Origin: Parcubacteria group bacterium
Lineage (GTDB): Bacteria > Patescibacteriota > Minisyncoccia > Phycocordibacterales > Phycocordibacteraceae
NCBI GenBank assembly: GCA_028286825.1
Contig: JAQBQV010000011.1
Location: 12,920-76,919 of the forward strand
Direction: 5' to 3'
Length of the DNA: 64,000 nucleotides
A model generated the notes under the pieces. The model was given only the letters and a program-made list of their open reading frames with translations, did no database searches and had not been told where the DNA came from. This document shows, piece by piece, positions 53,731 through 63,913 of the stretch. How positions within the stretch are numbered: the first letter of the stretch is position 1; the number at the start of each line of letters is the position of its first letter. The position numbers were made by a program, and so were the translations under genes.

Positions 53731-55893
53731 TTAGTGACTGGGGGTATTGAAATCGACGGTAGCAAGGACTGATTCAATGTCGATACTACTTACTGGTTTA
53801 GTAAGGTGGTAGTTAAACCCAGCCTCTTCAGCCTTTTTCTTATCATCTTCTTGGCCGTAGCCCGTGAGTGCAACGAGAACAAGCGCCGTAGTATCAAATT
53901 GCTGTCGCAACAGCTTTGCAACAGTGTATCCGTCCATATCTGGCATACCAATATCGAGAAGCACCACCTGAGCTTGATTTGTTTGCATATGCACAAGAGC
54001 GTCTGAACCGTTGTAAACAGACGAAACAGTGTGGCCACCATGCGAAAGCAGTTTCTCTAGTCCACGCGCCGCCGCAACATTATCATCGACGATTAAAATA
54101 CGGTATGCGGCTTTCGATCCTACCTTTCCCCCTCTGGACACTTCGTTTCGCGCCCGATGAGCGGGGACCGCTAGTGCTATCTGTACATTTGCAGCGCCGG
54201 GTAGCACCACCGTGAACGTACTACCCTTCCCAAGACCTGGACTTTCGACCGAGATTGTACCTCCATGAAGCTCGACAAGGCGCTTTGTGAGCGAGAGACC
54301 AATGCCAAGCCCTGCGCTATGAGTACTTGTCTGAACAAATGGTTCAAATATCTTAGCCAGCATTTCTTGCTCAATACCAATACCAGTATCTCGCACTTCA
54401 ATACGTAAATTACGCTCTTCACGCCGGGTGGTGAGAGTAATGGTGCCGCCCGGTTCAGTATATTTACCTGCATTATTGAGCAGATTAACCAATATCTGTT
54501 CGAGCCGAAGTGGATCTGCTTCTACCCACACATCAGGTTCTGTAAGAACTATAAAGAGCGTATGACCCTTGATAGAATACAAAGCCTCTACCGTACGTCT
54601 GGCTTGCTCAACGAGCGGCTCAACTTTTGTGCTAACTTTTTGAAGTTTGAATTTCTTCCGAGAAATGCGGGAAACATCAAGAAGATCATCAAGTAAGTGC
54701 GTCAATGTTAGGTTGTGTGCGTCGGCGATCTGCACGAGCTCAAGAAGGTCAGGGCGATTAACTTCTGTAAGTCCTATTTTGAGTAGCTCGAGCGAGCTCA
54801 CAACTGGTGCAAGAGGGTTTCGCAATTCGTGAGCAAGAGTTGCAAGGAATTCATTTTTAGCTTGATCGTCGAGTGATAGTCGCTTATTTACCGCTTCGAC
54901 CTCGCGCGCCCGCGTTCGTGCCACCTCAGCGTTTATTCTTCCCTCTTCGACAAGCGCTCCGAGAATATAAAAAATCGGTGCAATAAGAATAATAAATAGC
55001 TCATCGCTCAGTAACTGTTCAGTTATCGGAATAATGCCGGTCGGCGAAACAATACTGCCAGCCGTTCCAAATATTGACACAAGCGCTATTGCCGCTGCAA
55101 CAAATCGCGGCTGTAATTTGAGTCCAATCCAAAAAAGCACAGCGAACAACAGGTAGATGACAATAAACATGTTGTACGTAGGGAGAGCTGTCCAATAGGT
55201 CAGATACGTCACAAGAGTGAGACATGCAAGGGCCGTAAAGCTTTGTAAGCGTTCGCGGGGACTAATATCGACGGATTGAGTGCTCCATGCAGTAATGAGA
55301 GGAGTAAATACTAAAATATTAAGCACACCACCTGCCCACGCGCGACTAAAGGTAACCCATGCTGATGTCGTCAGTGAATTACCGAGCCATTGCGCAATGG
55401 TCGTTAGCGTCGGCCCAACAATAGGAAGCAGCAGCGCCACACCGACAATAAGCAGCGCGTCTTTCGTCCGTCCAAGAGTACCAGAGTAACCGAAACGATT
55501 TAGCATATATCGACCAATTACTGCCTGAAGGGTGTAGCCGATGGTCGATAGAAGCGTAAAAAGAACTGTTGGGTGGCCGGGGCTCGTTATGGTGGCCAGA
55601 AACCAAGCAACAGCTATCGGCGTAGCTAGGCGATAGCCACCAAGAAGTATGGCAGCAAGTGCAATGCCAGTGGGTATAAAGAGAACGGCCGGACTTGTAT
55701 CGTAGTGAAAAAAAAGAAACTGATTCGCCTTCAAACACAGGAATAGTACAGCGAAAACCGCAACATACGCCGCGGCCTTGCGTTTAAACAATAGTTCAAG
55801 CCGTGGAAGAGAGTAACGAATGCCCATTGGCAAAAAGTTCACGCCCTGCGAGAGGTCAGGTGAAGAAGACATGGCATACTCGTTAGCAGGCAC
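53731..55893 (-). CDS. Hybrid sensor histidine kinase: polytopic N-terminal sensor, HisKA, HATPase_c and a C-terminal receiver.
   Basis: H-box LAHELRNPLAPV, an ATPase G-box, and a receiver domain (ILIVDDNVAAARGLEKLL...DIGMPDMDG). Confidence 0.85.
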   Translation of the reverse strand: MPANEYAMSSSPDLSQGVNFLPMGIRYSLPRLELLFKRKAAAYVAVFAVLFLCLKANQFLFFHYDTSPAVLFIPTGIALAAILLGGYRLATPIAVAWFLATITSPGHPTVLFTLLSTIGYTLQAVIGRYMLNRFGYSGTLGRTKDALLIVGVALLLPIVGPTLTTIAQWLGNSLTTSAWVTFSRAWAGGVLNILVFTPLITAWSTQSVDISPRERLQSFTALACLTLVTYLTYWTALPTYNMFIVIYLLFAVLFWIGLKLQPRFVAAAIALVSIFGTAGSIVSPTGIIPITEQLLSDELFIILIAPIFYILGALVEEGRINAEVARTRAREVEAVNKRLSLDDQAKNEFLATLAHELRNPLAPVVSSLELLKIGLTEVNRPDLLELVQIADAHNLTLTHLLDDLLDVSRISRKKFKLQKVSTKVEPLVEQARRTVEALYSIKGHTLFIVLTEPDVWVEADPLRLEQILVNLLNNAGKYTEPGGTITLTTRREERNLRIEVRDTGIGIEQEMLAKIFEPFVQTSTHSAGLGIGLSLTKRLVELHGGTISVESPGLGKGSTFTVVLPGAANVQIALAVPAHRARNEVSRGGKVGSKAAYRILIVDDNVAAARGLEKLLSHGGHTVSSVYNGSDALVHMQTNQAQVVLLDIGMPDMDGYTVAKLLRQQFDTTALVLVALTGYGQEDDKKKAEEAGFNYHLTKPVSSIDIESVLATVDFNTPSH

Positions 55894-55958
55894 TCAGCAA
55901 TTTTAACCTTTCTCGTAATGAAGGACAGATGAAGCTTAGGCTTGCGCTTTTTGCCAAC

Positions 55959-56192
55959 CTACGGACGAGAACCGAAAGGATATTCACCGTATATGACACG
56001 GATGAGGATTGAGACGATAGCAAGAACGAGCAATAGGTGAATAAACCACCCGATCGTATACACTCCGATAACACCGAGAAGCCAGAGAACAATAAGTACT
56101 ACGGCAATAGTTACAAGCATAAAATGATGGGTGCTTAATGAATAATATTTCCCTCCTCTGGCACGTTTCTTCGGCGACATAATGGGCGCCAT
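55959..56192 (-). CDS. Small membrane protein.
   Basis: 77 aa with two TM helices (LVTIAVVLIVLWLLGVIGVYTIGWFIHLLLVLAIVSILI). Confidence 0.45.
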   Translation of the reverse strand: MAPIMSPKKRARGGKYYSLSTHHFMLVTIAVVLIVLWLLGVIGVYTIGWFIHLLLVLAIVSILIRVIYGEYPFGSRP

Positions 56193-56466
56193 GCATTCCG
56201 CCTTTCCGAGAGCCCGATTGAAATTGCCTGTTCGCGCCTCTAAATTTTTCGATACGTTCCTCTGCCACGCTTCAGATGTCCCTACTTACATCCACTCATG
56301 ACTTTTGCCATTTCGCGTGGAGCTGTTGTACGCGGAGCTCGGGTAAGGCGGCTCGATAGCATACGAAAACTATTGTGCCCGCTAGCGCGTGAGTACTGAA
56401 TGAAAAATGCTGAGCCAATTAATGAGTTCAGTCTTCGTTCATCACCTAAGGTAGATACTTGAGCAT

Positions 56467-58242
56467 ATGACTTACGGACGATCAGCTCTGCGGACATCGC
56501 CCTTCATCCTACGTATCGTCGCGATAGTGTGCACGACTGCGCTTTGTTCTATCAGTGTACCCGTACCCGCATCAGCTGCCGTGAGCTCGTGGCATAAAGG
56601 CGCCAGCTTTATTCCCTTCTCGTCGACTGAATTCGCGGGCGGTAATTTCCAGCAGTCAGTTCGCAATTTTAAAGCAGCAGGCGGAAACTACGTCAATTTT
56701 ATCATTCCGTATTATCAATCCAATACAGGATCAACCGATATAAACCCTGGATATAACACTCCTACGGATGCATCACTTATAAGCGGTATTCAGTTCGTCC
56801 ATTCTCTTGGGATGAAAGCACAGGTGGGTATCTACCTTGAAACATATGACGGTACATGGCGTGCGCTTATCAATCCCGGTAATCGCGCAGATTGGTTCGC
56901 CAAATATCAAGCTATTCTTGTTAAATACGGACAGATTGGGCAACAGCAGGGGGTAGAACAGATGGTACTTGGAGCTGAGCTAGTCAATATGGCGTCCGCT
57001 GCTGCAAATCCGGACAACACGACACGCTGGAATCAAATGATTGCGGCTGTTCGCGGAGTGTATTCTGGAAAGCTCACCTATAGTGCAAACCGCGGCGGCC
57101 AAGGGGCCTATAGTGAACTGCCAAACATCCAGTTTTGGAATAATCTCGATTACATAGGTGTCTCAGGATATTACGAACTTTCGACCGACGGATCAGTATC
57201 CTCACTTAAAAATGCTTGGGCAAACATCCAATCATGGGACATTGGGCCGGCGGCGCAGAAGTGGAACAAGCCCGTGCTATTTACCGAAATCGGGTACCGA
57301 AGCCTAAGTGGCGCGCACTACCAGCCTTGGAACTCAAGTATGGGCGGATCCTATGATCCTCAGGAGCAAGTAAATGACTATACTGCGCTCTTTGATTTCT
57401 GGAACAACTATTCGTATCTTCAAGGAGTCGATTTGTGGTGGTGGAGTCCAGATCCAAACTATGGTGGCTCGGGAAACACCGACTACACCCCTCAAGGCAA
57501 ACCTGCTGAACAAACGCTCAAGCAATGGTGGGGAACAACAATAAGTCCACCTCCCCCACCACCTCCAAGTGGCACCCCAGCCTTCCAGACGACAAGTACA
57601 ATCAGCCCTTCGCAGCCCGCTACTGGACAATCGACTACGCTTACGGCAAATGTAAAGAACACTGGAACCGGTCCGCTTCAAAATGGCATCGTCGACTTGG
57701 AAATTTATGACCAATCGAACAACCGGGTATTGCAGAAGTTTTTTGAAACGCAAAATATAACGCAGGGATCTACTCAGCCGTACTCACTACCATGGACACC
57801 TCAAGCGAATGGAACATATCGACTCGCTGTCGGCATCTTCAGCAGTGGATGGGCGCAAACTCTTGATTGGAATAACAGCACTATCAGCTTTTCAGTTGGT
57901 ACCGGCCAAAATCAACCTCCCCCACCGCCACCTCCTACGAGTCCGGCGATCACGAACATTTGGTGGCCAACAGACGGCAGTCACATAAATGGACTCCAAC
58001 CATTTAAGGCAATGCTTGAGGGAGTGGACGTGTCGCAATACTCAATGTATTGGCAGGTTGATGGCGGGCCACTGGTACAAATGAATACAAACACCACCGA
58101 CTATCCGCATAAAGAAGCTCTCGTGGATCTCTCGGGATGGAACTGGCAAGGAGGCAACGCCTACACGATCACGTTTGCAAGCAAGAAGACTGACAGTACG
58201 ACAGCTATAGCGCAGAAATCGATTAAGATTTTTACTCCATAG
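56467..58242 (+). CDS. Secreted glycoside hydrolase with a clan GH-A-like TIM-barrel catalytic domain, poly-Pro linkers and C-terminal beta-sandwich modules.
   Basis: Signal peptide. Candidate catalytic Glu residues at GAELVN and FTEIGY. PPPPPPPSGTP and PPPPPPPTSP linkers. Confidence 0.65.
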   Translation: MTYGRSALRTSPFILRIVAIVCTTALCSISVPVPASAAVSSWHKGASFIPFSSTEFAGGNFQQSVRNFKAAGGNYVNFIIPYYQSNTGSTDINPGYNTPTDASLISGIQFVHSLGMKAQVGIYLETYDGTWRALINPGNRADWFAKYQAILVKYGQIGQQQGVEQMVLGAELVNMASAAANPDNTTRWNQMIAAVRGVYSGKLTYSANRGGQGAYSELPNIQFWNNLDYIGVSGYYELSTDGSVSSLKNAWANIQSWDIGPAAQKWNKPVLFTEIGYRSLSGAHYQPWNSSMGGSYDPQEQVNDYTALFDFWNNYSYLQGVDLWWWSPDPNYGGSGNTDYTPQGKPAEQTLKQWWGTTISPPPPPPPSGTPAFQTTSTISPSQPATGQSTTLTANVKNTGTGPLQNGIVDLEIYDQSNNRVLQKFFETQNITQGSTQPYSLPWTPQANGTYRLAVGIFSSGWAQTLDWNNSTISFSVGTGQNQPPPPPPPTSPAITNIWWPTDGSHINGLQPFKAMLEGVDVSQYSMYWQVDGGPLVQMNTNTTDYPHKEALVDLSGWNWQGGNAYTITFASKKTDSTTAIAQKSIKIFTP

Positions 58243-58484
58243 AGTACAATTTTTGAACAAGTCGAGCAGAACGCCCCAAAAATCTGGGGCGTTCTGCTCG
58301 ACTTTCGTCTTCGAGAATTGATCGCACCCTCCACTCAAGAGAGAAGTCTGACTACAAGCACAATGAGTGCTATCACCAAGAGTGCATGCACCAGATTACC
58401 TCCGATATTGAAGCTGAATCCGAGCAGCCACAAGATAACAAGCACTACGATAATGGTCCAGAGCATAGCGGTAAAATAGAAGGA

Positions 58485-58766
58485 TTAATGAAGAATGGTC
58501 GTCGTTGTCGTTGTGGTCGCCCCGGTATTGCCGACAGTCGTCGTACTCGTTGTGTTGGACTGGCTTCCGGGTATGCCGCCGTTGCCATTAGCGGTGTTGT
58601 CAGCCTGTCCCTCAGGAACAACGACTGTGGTTGACGATGTTCCCATTAGTCGTGGAAGGAACAAGAACCCAAGTATGACGAGAAGTATCAGCACAATAAT
58701 GCCGACGACCCATCCGCTTGAGTTGTCTCCCGTGGGCGATCCAGGATTATTTATTACAGTTGCCAT
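58485..58766 (-). CDS. Small membrane protein with a Thr-rich tail.
   Basis: 93 aa with one TM helix (WVVGIIVLILLVILGFLFL). Confidence 0.35.
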   Translation of the reverse strand: MATVINNPGSPTGDNSSGWVVGIIVLILLVILGFLFLPRLMGTSSTTVVVPEGQADNTANGNGGIPGSQSNTTSTTTVGNTGATTTTTTTILH

Positions 58767-58999
58767 ACGTTATGTAAGAGTTAGTAAGTACACCAGTAAC
58801 TATTCCCCGCCGGCTTTCTTCTCATGCTCCTCAGCTGCGCTGCGGTGAGCTTCTCCAGCCTCCTTGCTAGCATCATTCGCTCGCTCGTCTGCTTCCGCTG
58901 CGGCAGCATCCTTGTCTTTCATTGCATCGTCCATAGTAGGTATATATCTGGATAATCTCATGCGCACCTATATAGTAAGCCGAACCATTCGCGACTTCA

Positions 59000-59686
59000 T
59001 TACGGTGGACGGACCGTACGCAGCCGATACCCATATCCCGAAACTGACTCCAACATTGTGTGATGGTCGTCATAGTCAAGTTTGTGTCGCAGGCTCGTGA
59101 TTGAAAGATCGATGAGAGGACTGAGTGGCTCATACTGGTCGTCCCAGACATGCGCAATAAGTTCAGCGCGCGGCAGAACTTTATTAGGATTTGAGAGAAA
59201 ATACTCAAGCAGACCAAATTCCTTTTGGGTAAGTGAGAGCGGGACTCCATCGCGATTTGCGGTACGCTCTTTCCTGTTAAGCTCAACATCCAAAACTCGC
59301 AGCGTTTCAGACATGACCTGTCGGGGGCGCCTGAGCACAGATTCAATGCGCGCCACGAGTTCCATAAATACAAACGGTTTCTGCATGTATTCGTCAGCAC
59401 CTGCCGAGAGCAAAGCGGTCTTGTCTTCACCTTCCCCCACAGCAGTGAGGACAATGATGGGGATCATGATGTGCTCCGCACGCAGTTGCTGACAGAGATC
59501 GTACCCCCGCATGCCCGGCATAAGGAGATCCAAAATTAAAAGATCATAGCCATGGCCGGGTTTACTAAGAAGTGCAAGTCCCTCTCTTCCGTCAAACACC
59601 GTATCAACATCGTAGTCTTTTATTCGAAGACCTTCTGCTATCTTACAGGCCAGTTTAATCTCATCATCGATTATTAAAATGTTCAT
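59000..59686 (-). CDS. OmpR/PhoB-family response regulator.
   Basis: A receiver domain (MNILIIDDE ... LDLLMPGMRG) plus a winged-helix trans_reg_C domain (LSLTQKEFGLLEYF). Confidence 0.85.
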   Translation of the reverse strand: MNILIIDDEIKLACKIAEGLRIKDYDVDTVFDGREGLALLSKPGHGYDLLILDLLMPGMRGYDLCQQLRAEHIMIPIIVLTAVGEGEDKTALLSAGADEYMQKPFVFMELVARIESVLRRPRQVMSETLRVLDVELNRKERTANRDGVPLSLTQKEFGLLEYFLSNPNKVLPRAELIAHVWDDQYEPLSPLIDLSITSLRHKLDYDDHHTMLESVSGYGYRLRTVRPP

Positions 59687-59779
59687 AGCGATATAGTCGC
59701 TATGATGACCTTTTCTGCGTGAAGGCTCTGTGAATACTCATCGGTAACAGATGGGTGTACAAAACGTCTAAAGACATAC

Positions 59780-60145
59780 ATGCGGGAAATTCTATTTGGG
59801 CTGTTGATAGTGCTCGGTGTCATCTATGGCGCTGACGAACTTTACTATCTCTATGTAACAAGCCCGTCAGTAACGGTTGCGGCTCCTCGCGTCATAGCAA
59901 CACTACCGACCTCCTCAGAGTTTGTGCAGACGGGCACACTGATTTTCTACCCCAATAACGTAGGCCCTGTTCCGTATCTTATGTATGCGAATCAAAAAGG
60001 AGTAACTGTCTCAAAGGCCTTAGTCTTAGTAGGCGGAGATTCGCTCGACCTCTCACACTGGACTGGCGCGCGAGTATCCGTCACAGGGGTAGTGGTTGAT
60101 GAACACGTTGTGGTCAGCTCACTCCTGTACCTGAGCGGACCGTAG
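59780..60145 (+). CDS. Secreted hypothetical protein.
   Basis: Signal/TM N-terminus (MREILFGLLIVLGVIYGA). Confidence 0.4.
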   Translation: MREILFGLLIVLGVIYGADELYYLYVTSPSVTVAAPRVIATLPTSSEFVQTGTLIFYPNNVGPVPYLMYANQKGVTVSKALVLVGGDSLDLSHWTGARVSVTGVVVDEHVVVSSLLYLSGP

Positions 60146-60210
60146 AAACCAAAGCCCTAAAAAGCAAAACGCCGACCTCGAGGCCGGCATCTTCACTTCT
60201 TCTATTTTCT

Positions 60211-60426
60211 TTAATTCTCAGGAGTAGTCTCCCAATCGGCGTTGAACTTTTCGTTCCATGCAATCATCTTTGGGTCGTCATGGGGCATTGCCTTAATGTC
60301 AGCCGCCATTTCTGGATGCGCTGCATCCATATGGGCCATCCCATTGGCCATCATCTCTTCCTTGGTTGCTCCGACGACTTCTGCGGTACACGGTCCGCCC
60401 ATCTGAGCACAGGTCATTGTTTTCAT
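60211..60426 (-). CDS. DUF1059-family small protein.
   Basis: MKTMTCAQMGGPCTAEVVGATKEEMMANGMAHM is typical of DUF1059. Confidence 0.6.
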   Translation of the reverse strand: MKTMTCAQMGGPCTAEVVGATKEEMMANGMAHMDAAHPEMAADIKAMPHDDPKMIAWNEKFNADWETTPEN

Positions 60427-60477
60427 ATCGGTAATGTTTTAGGCGATTAGTAACGTATGCGCGGGCACAAGTGGCTA

Positions 60478-61008
60478 TCATACTACATTCGCGCTGCTAT
60501 GCGTATAAACCTCCTTTAATTTGGCTAAGCCTCGGTGTAGCTGTACGGCCGTTGTGTTTTTCGATTGCCCGGTTTTACTCGCCATTTCAGGTAGCGTCAA
60601 ATTATCGACATATCGCATGCGTAGCACTTTGCGGTACATAGGCGGAAGTGTGTCGATCGAGCGCATCGCCTCTCGACCGTCTAGCTCGTCAAATAAGCGA
60701 TCGCAGTGATTCATACCCGGCTCATACCCCTTCTCAAGAATTTGATCAAGGGAAAGCGTATGGTGTCGACGGTACTCATCGATAATGAGGTTATTTAATA
60801 TGTGATACAGAAACGCCTTCATGACGTCAATCTTCCCTCCCCGTAAGAGATACGCCCACGCTTTCATAAAGGTATCCTGCACTAAGTCTTCACTCATAGC
60901 TGCATCATGCACCTTGAAAAAGGCGTGCATTTTCAGGCGTTTCTCGAAGTCCTGATAGGCGCTCATGAGTAGCATCTGTGGTTCTACATTCGAGTGAGTG
61001 GTGATCAT
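60478..61008 (-). CDS. ECF-type RNA polymerase sigma factor (sigma-70 regions 2 and 4).
   Basis: Region 2 (DLVQDTFMKAWAYL ... YHILNNLIIDEYRR) and region 4 HTH (LTLPEMASKTGQSKNTTAVQLHRGLAKLKE). Confidence 0.8.
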   Translation of the reverse strand: MITTHSNVEPQMLLMSAYQDFEKRLKMHAFFKVHDAAMSEDLVQDTFMKAWAYLLRGGKIDVMKAFLYHILNNLIIDEYRRHHTLSLDQILEKGYEPGMNHCDRLFDELDGREAMRSIDTLPPMYRKVLRMRYVDNLTLPEMASKTGQSKNTTAVQLHRGLAKLKEVYTHSSANVV

Positions 61009-61103
61009 AGGGATATTGAAAGAGAAGGGCTCTCCCGTCTCGAATGCCTACCGTACCACCAGCCTCATGAATTACCTGTGAGGCGTTGTTGAGTCAGGAG
61101 CGA

Positions 61104-62420
61104 TTAACTCACTGTCGGATCGCTGCCTGGTTCGTAGAGTGTAAGATCGCCGCTCGACATTGCCCATGCTTCTTGAATAGGTGCGATAATGCGCCATGAT
61201 TCTAACACTTCATCGCTTGAGACAAAAAGGTCATGATCGCCGCTAATGGCATCGACGAGCACTTTTTCGTATGCTTCCGCGAGTACGGAGGTAGACGATG
61301 CGTACGAGAAATCAAACGTCCGCTCCTCTACAGCACTCGTATAACCTGGGCGCTTGAAGTAGAGCGAGAGCGAGACCCCTTCATTTGGCTGTAGCCGTAG
61401 CACAAGTGTATTGCTCCCCTTTTCCTCGAATGTCTTGTACACGACGCGGACTTCAGTCGCCTTTTTTCCCATTCGCTTCCCCGTCATGAGCGTGACCGGA
61501 ACGCCAATAAAAAACGGATCATCTGAGATCAGCGTAAACGCGACAAATGTTTCGACCGAGCTTGACGGATTTCGTACCTCATCTCGATACCCGATGTACT
61601 GACCTCGCCGGACCGGTTCGACGTCTGACAGCCGTAGTGACTGGAGGGCGCGAAGTCGCCGACCAGGGATCTCTCGCAGCTCCGCTTTCTGGGGAAGCGG
61701 CATCAGTATAAGCGCCGCGAGTTGCAACAGATGACTCTGTACTAGATCACGGAGTGCGCCCGTCTGCTCATAGAAATGTGATCTCCCTTCAATCCCAATC
61801 TCTTCGATGGCAGAAATCTCGATACGCTCAATACAGTCCTTATTCCAAGTTCCGCGGAAAAGCGGATTGCGCTCACGGAAGACGATCAAGTTTTGCGCCA
61901 TTTCTTTTGCTAAATAGTGATCGATACGATACACCTGGCTACTGGTGAAGTGTTTATCTATATGCGTGACGAGCTCGGCTGCAGAGGCTTGGTCAAAACC
62001 GAAAGGCTTCTCGATGAGGAGTTTCGTATCTGGCGCTGCTGCTAAACCAGAAGTGCCTAAATGCTCGATAATTGCTTCGGAGGCTAGGGGCGGCACCGAG
62101 AGATAGAAGAGGCGTTGAGCCGCTCCACCCCACCCCCGTTCGATCTCTGCGAGCTCAGACGTGAGTCGAATATAGTCAGAAGTATTCAGCACGTCCATCG
62201 TCAGCAGACTAAGGTGTTCTTTCATGTACGTAGAGTCAGTCAGCTCCGACAATAGGTCGTCAGTCGACACGTCACTCTGTCGCGTCACCCCGAGTACGCG
62301 AAATTTAGCGGGAAATAGGCCTGCCTTGTGAATCGCGGCGATGGCCGGAAGGAGCTTACGCTTAGCGAGGTCACCGGTAATACCTACGATTATGAGGATC
62401 AAGGGCGTCTCGGTAGCCAT
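61104..62420 (-). CDS. zwf: Glucose-6-phosphate 1-dehydrogenase.
   Basis: NADP site IVGITGDLAKRKLLP and active site RIDHYLAKE. Confidence 0.9.
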   Translation of the reverse strand: MATETPLILIIVGITGDLAKRKLLPAIAAIHKAGLFPAKFRVLGVTRQSDVSTDDLLSELTDSTYMKEHLSLLTMDVLNTSDYIRLTSELAEIERGWGGAAQRLFYLSVPPLASEAIIEHLGTSGLAAAPDTKLLIEKPFGFDQASAAELVTHIDKHFTSSQVYRIDHYLAKEMAQNLIVFRERNPLFRGTWNKDCIERIEISAIEEIGIEGRSHFYEQTGALRDLVQSHLLQLAALILMPLPQKAELREIPGRRLRALQSLRLSDVEPVRRGQYIGYRDEVRNPSSSVETFVAFTLISDDPFFIGVPVTLMTGKRMGKKATEVRVVYKTFEEKGSNTLVLRLQPNEGVSLSLYFKRPGYTSAVEERTFDFSYASSTSVLAEAYEKVLVDAISGDHDLFVSSDEVLESWRIIAPIQEAWAMSSGDLTLYEPGSDPTVS

Positions 62421-62444
62421 AGTGCTTTGCAGTATACTGTACCT

Positions 62445-62912
62445 ATGCGTTTGTATGCTAGAAGTTTGACCTTGATCGGTGGCGGCGTGTGGTTAGTGGT
62501 AATGGCCTACGGAGAGTTCTGGGGCGGAGCGCCAAACTCAGCCTGTTATCCTTACCTCGGATGCGACGAGGGCTTCTTCGGATACGACGCACTTGAACAC
62601 TTTCTATTTGGCCTTACGCTTGTCTGGCTCATCGTCTGGCTCTCAGATACATATCCGCGTCTCTCCTTACTTCACAGTGAATTTTGGAAAACAGTGCTAA
62701 CCATTCTGGCTGTTATCGCATTAGTGGCCGTGATCTGGGAGATTGGTGAATGGTTTCGCGATGCGTACCTTCTTGGTATCGCTCACCAACCGCTGCTAAA
62801 TATTAGACTCCACATCAATTACCTCGCTCAGCCAAGCAACTTCGACACGATGGGCGATCTCAGCTTTACTCTTACCGCAGCATGTATTTCACTGTTATTA
62901 CTACTTCTATGA
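62445..62912 (+). CDS. Membrane protein with 4-5 TM helices.
   Basis: The start is taken at the internal Met (MRLYARSLTLIGGGVWLVVMAY). The longer track ORF would overlap zwf. Confidence 0.4.
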   Translation: MRLYARSLTLIGGGVWLVVMAYGEFWGGAPNSACYPYLGCDEGFFGYDALEHFLFGLTLVWLIVWLSDTYPRLSLLHSEFWKTVLTILAVIALVAVIWEIGEWFRDAYLLGIAHQPLLNIRLHINYLAQPSNFDTMGDLSFTLTAACISLLLLLL

Positions 62913-63913
62913 CTCGACGCATTCTTATCGCTCTCGGCTCCCTTGTTGCGATTACATTGGTACTTTTCTCGTTCCCGGCGATCCTCGTACTTGAGATCAA
63001 TCATCAAGAGAAGAGTCTTTCCCCACTTACGACTGGGCAGTTCCCAGTAACGGTGAACCCACACACAAAAACGATTGTTGAGGACGAGAAGGTAAATGCC
63101 TTCTTTGAAAGCCGTAAATCGGTAATGACAGCAGCCGTTGGTACTATTGCAAACGTAGGATACAAAGTCTTTCAAACAATTGCCATCTCGATAGCCTCTG
63201 CACACTGGTATCAGAGCCTTGGCGCCGTCGGTGGGCGTTTCGTCGTGATCACTCCCGGCATGCGCAAGGAACAAGTCGCCAATGCATTTGGTAATGCGCT
63301 CAACTGGAATGCAACCCAGAAGAAAGAGTTTCTTACAAAAAGTCCATATGCTGCACTCCCCTTTGCTGAAGGTTCATTTTCGCCGGGAATATATACGATA
63401 GAACCTGGTATGACACCACTCATGGCTCAGGCCGAAGTAAACGATCGTTTTAGTGAGCAGGTGCTTGCTCACTATGGCACCACCACTGCACAAATTGTCC
63501 CACTGGACCATGCCCTCACGATCGCCTCTCTGATTGAGCGTGAAGCAGGTGGCGACATCGATATGCGCATCATCTCGGGAATTATGTGGAACCGGCTTTT
63601 TATTAATATGCCGCTACAAATCGACGCTACACTCCAATACATCAAGGCCACAGGTGCCGTAACGACCAACTGGTGGCCATTGGTCGTCCCCGCTGATCTA
63701 CGCCGCAAATCGGCATTTAATACGTACTTACATGTCGGCCTCCCGCCGACCCCGATTGCAAGCCCTTCGATTGCGTCAGTGCTTGCAGCCTTAAATCCGG
63801 TCAATACCTCGTGTCTCTTCTACTTCCATGATAATGCGCATCATTTCCACTGCTCAGACACCTATCAAGAGCATGTTGCGCTTTTGAAAAAGTATTTCGG
63901 TCGCGGCAAATAA
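62882..63913 (+). CDS. mltG: Endolytic murein transglycosylase MltG (YceG-like).
   Basis: An N-terminal TM helix, then ASLIEREAG and NTYLHVGLPPTPI motifs of the YceG family. The start may be the Met at 62909, giving an ATGA overlap with the upstream ORF. Confidence 0.8.
   Translation: MYFTVITTSMTRRILIALGSLVAITLVLFSFPAILVLEINHQEKSLSPLTTGQFPVTVNPHTKTIVEDEKVNAFFESRKSVMTAAVGTIANVGYKVFQTIAISIASAHWYQSLGAVGGRFVVITPGMRKEQVANAFGNALNWNATQKKEFLTKSPYAALPFAEGSFSPGIYTIEPGMTPLMAQAEVNDRFSEQVLAHYGTTTAQIVPLDHALTIASLIEREAGGDIDMRIISGIMWNRLFINMPLQIDATLQYIKATGAVTTNWWPLVVPADLRRKSAFNTYLHVGLPPTPIASPSIASVLAALNPVNTSCLFYFHDNAHHFHCSDTYQEHVALLKKYFGRGK

Noticed and set aside
58800-58934. 44-aa Ala/Glu/Lys-rich minus-strand ORF (MDDAMKDKDAAAAEADERANDASKEAGEAHRSAAEEHEKKAGGE), possibly a CsbD-like stress peptide.
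   Set aside because: It is below the ORF-track threshold, has no RBS and is low-complexity. It cannot be supported without homology evidence.
58873-59454. 193-aa minus-strand ORF.
   Set aside because: It overlaps the OmpR-family response regulator (59000-59686) in another frame. The regulator has clear domain motifs and this ORF does not.
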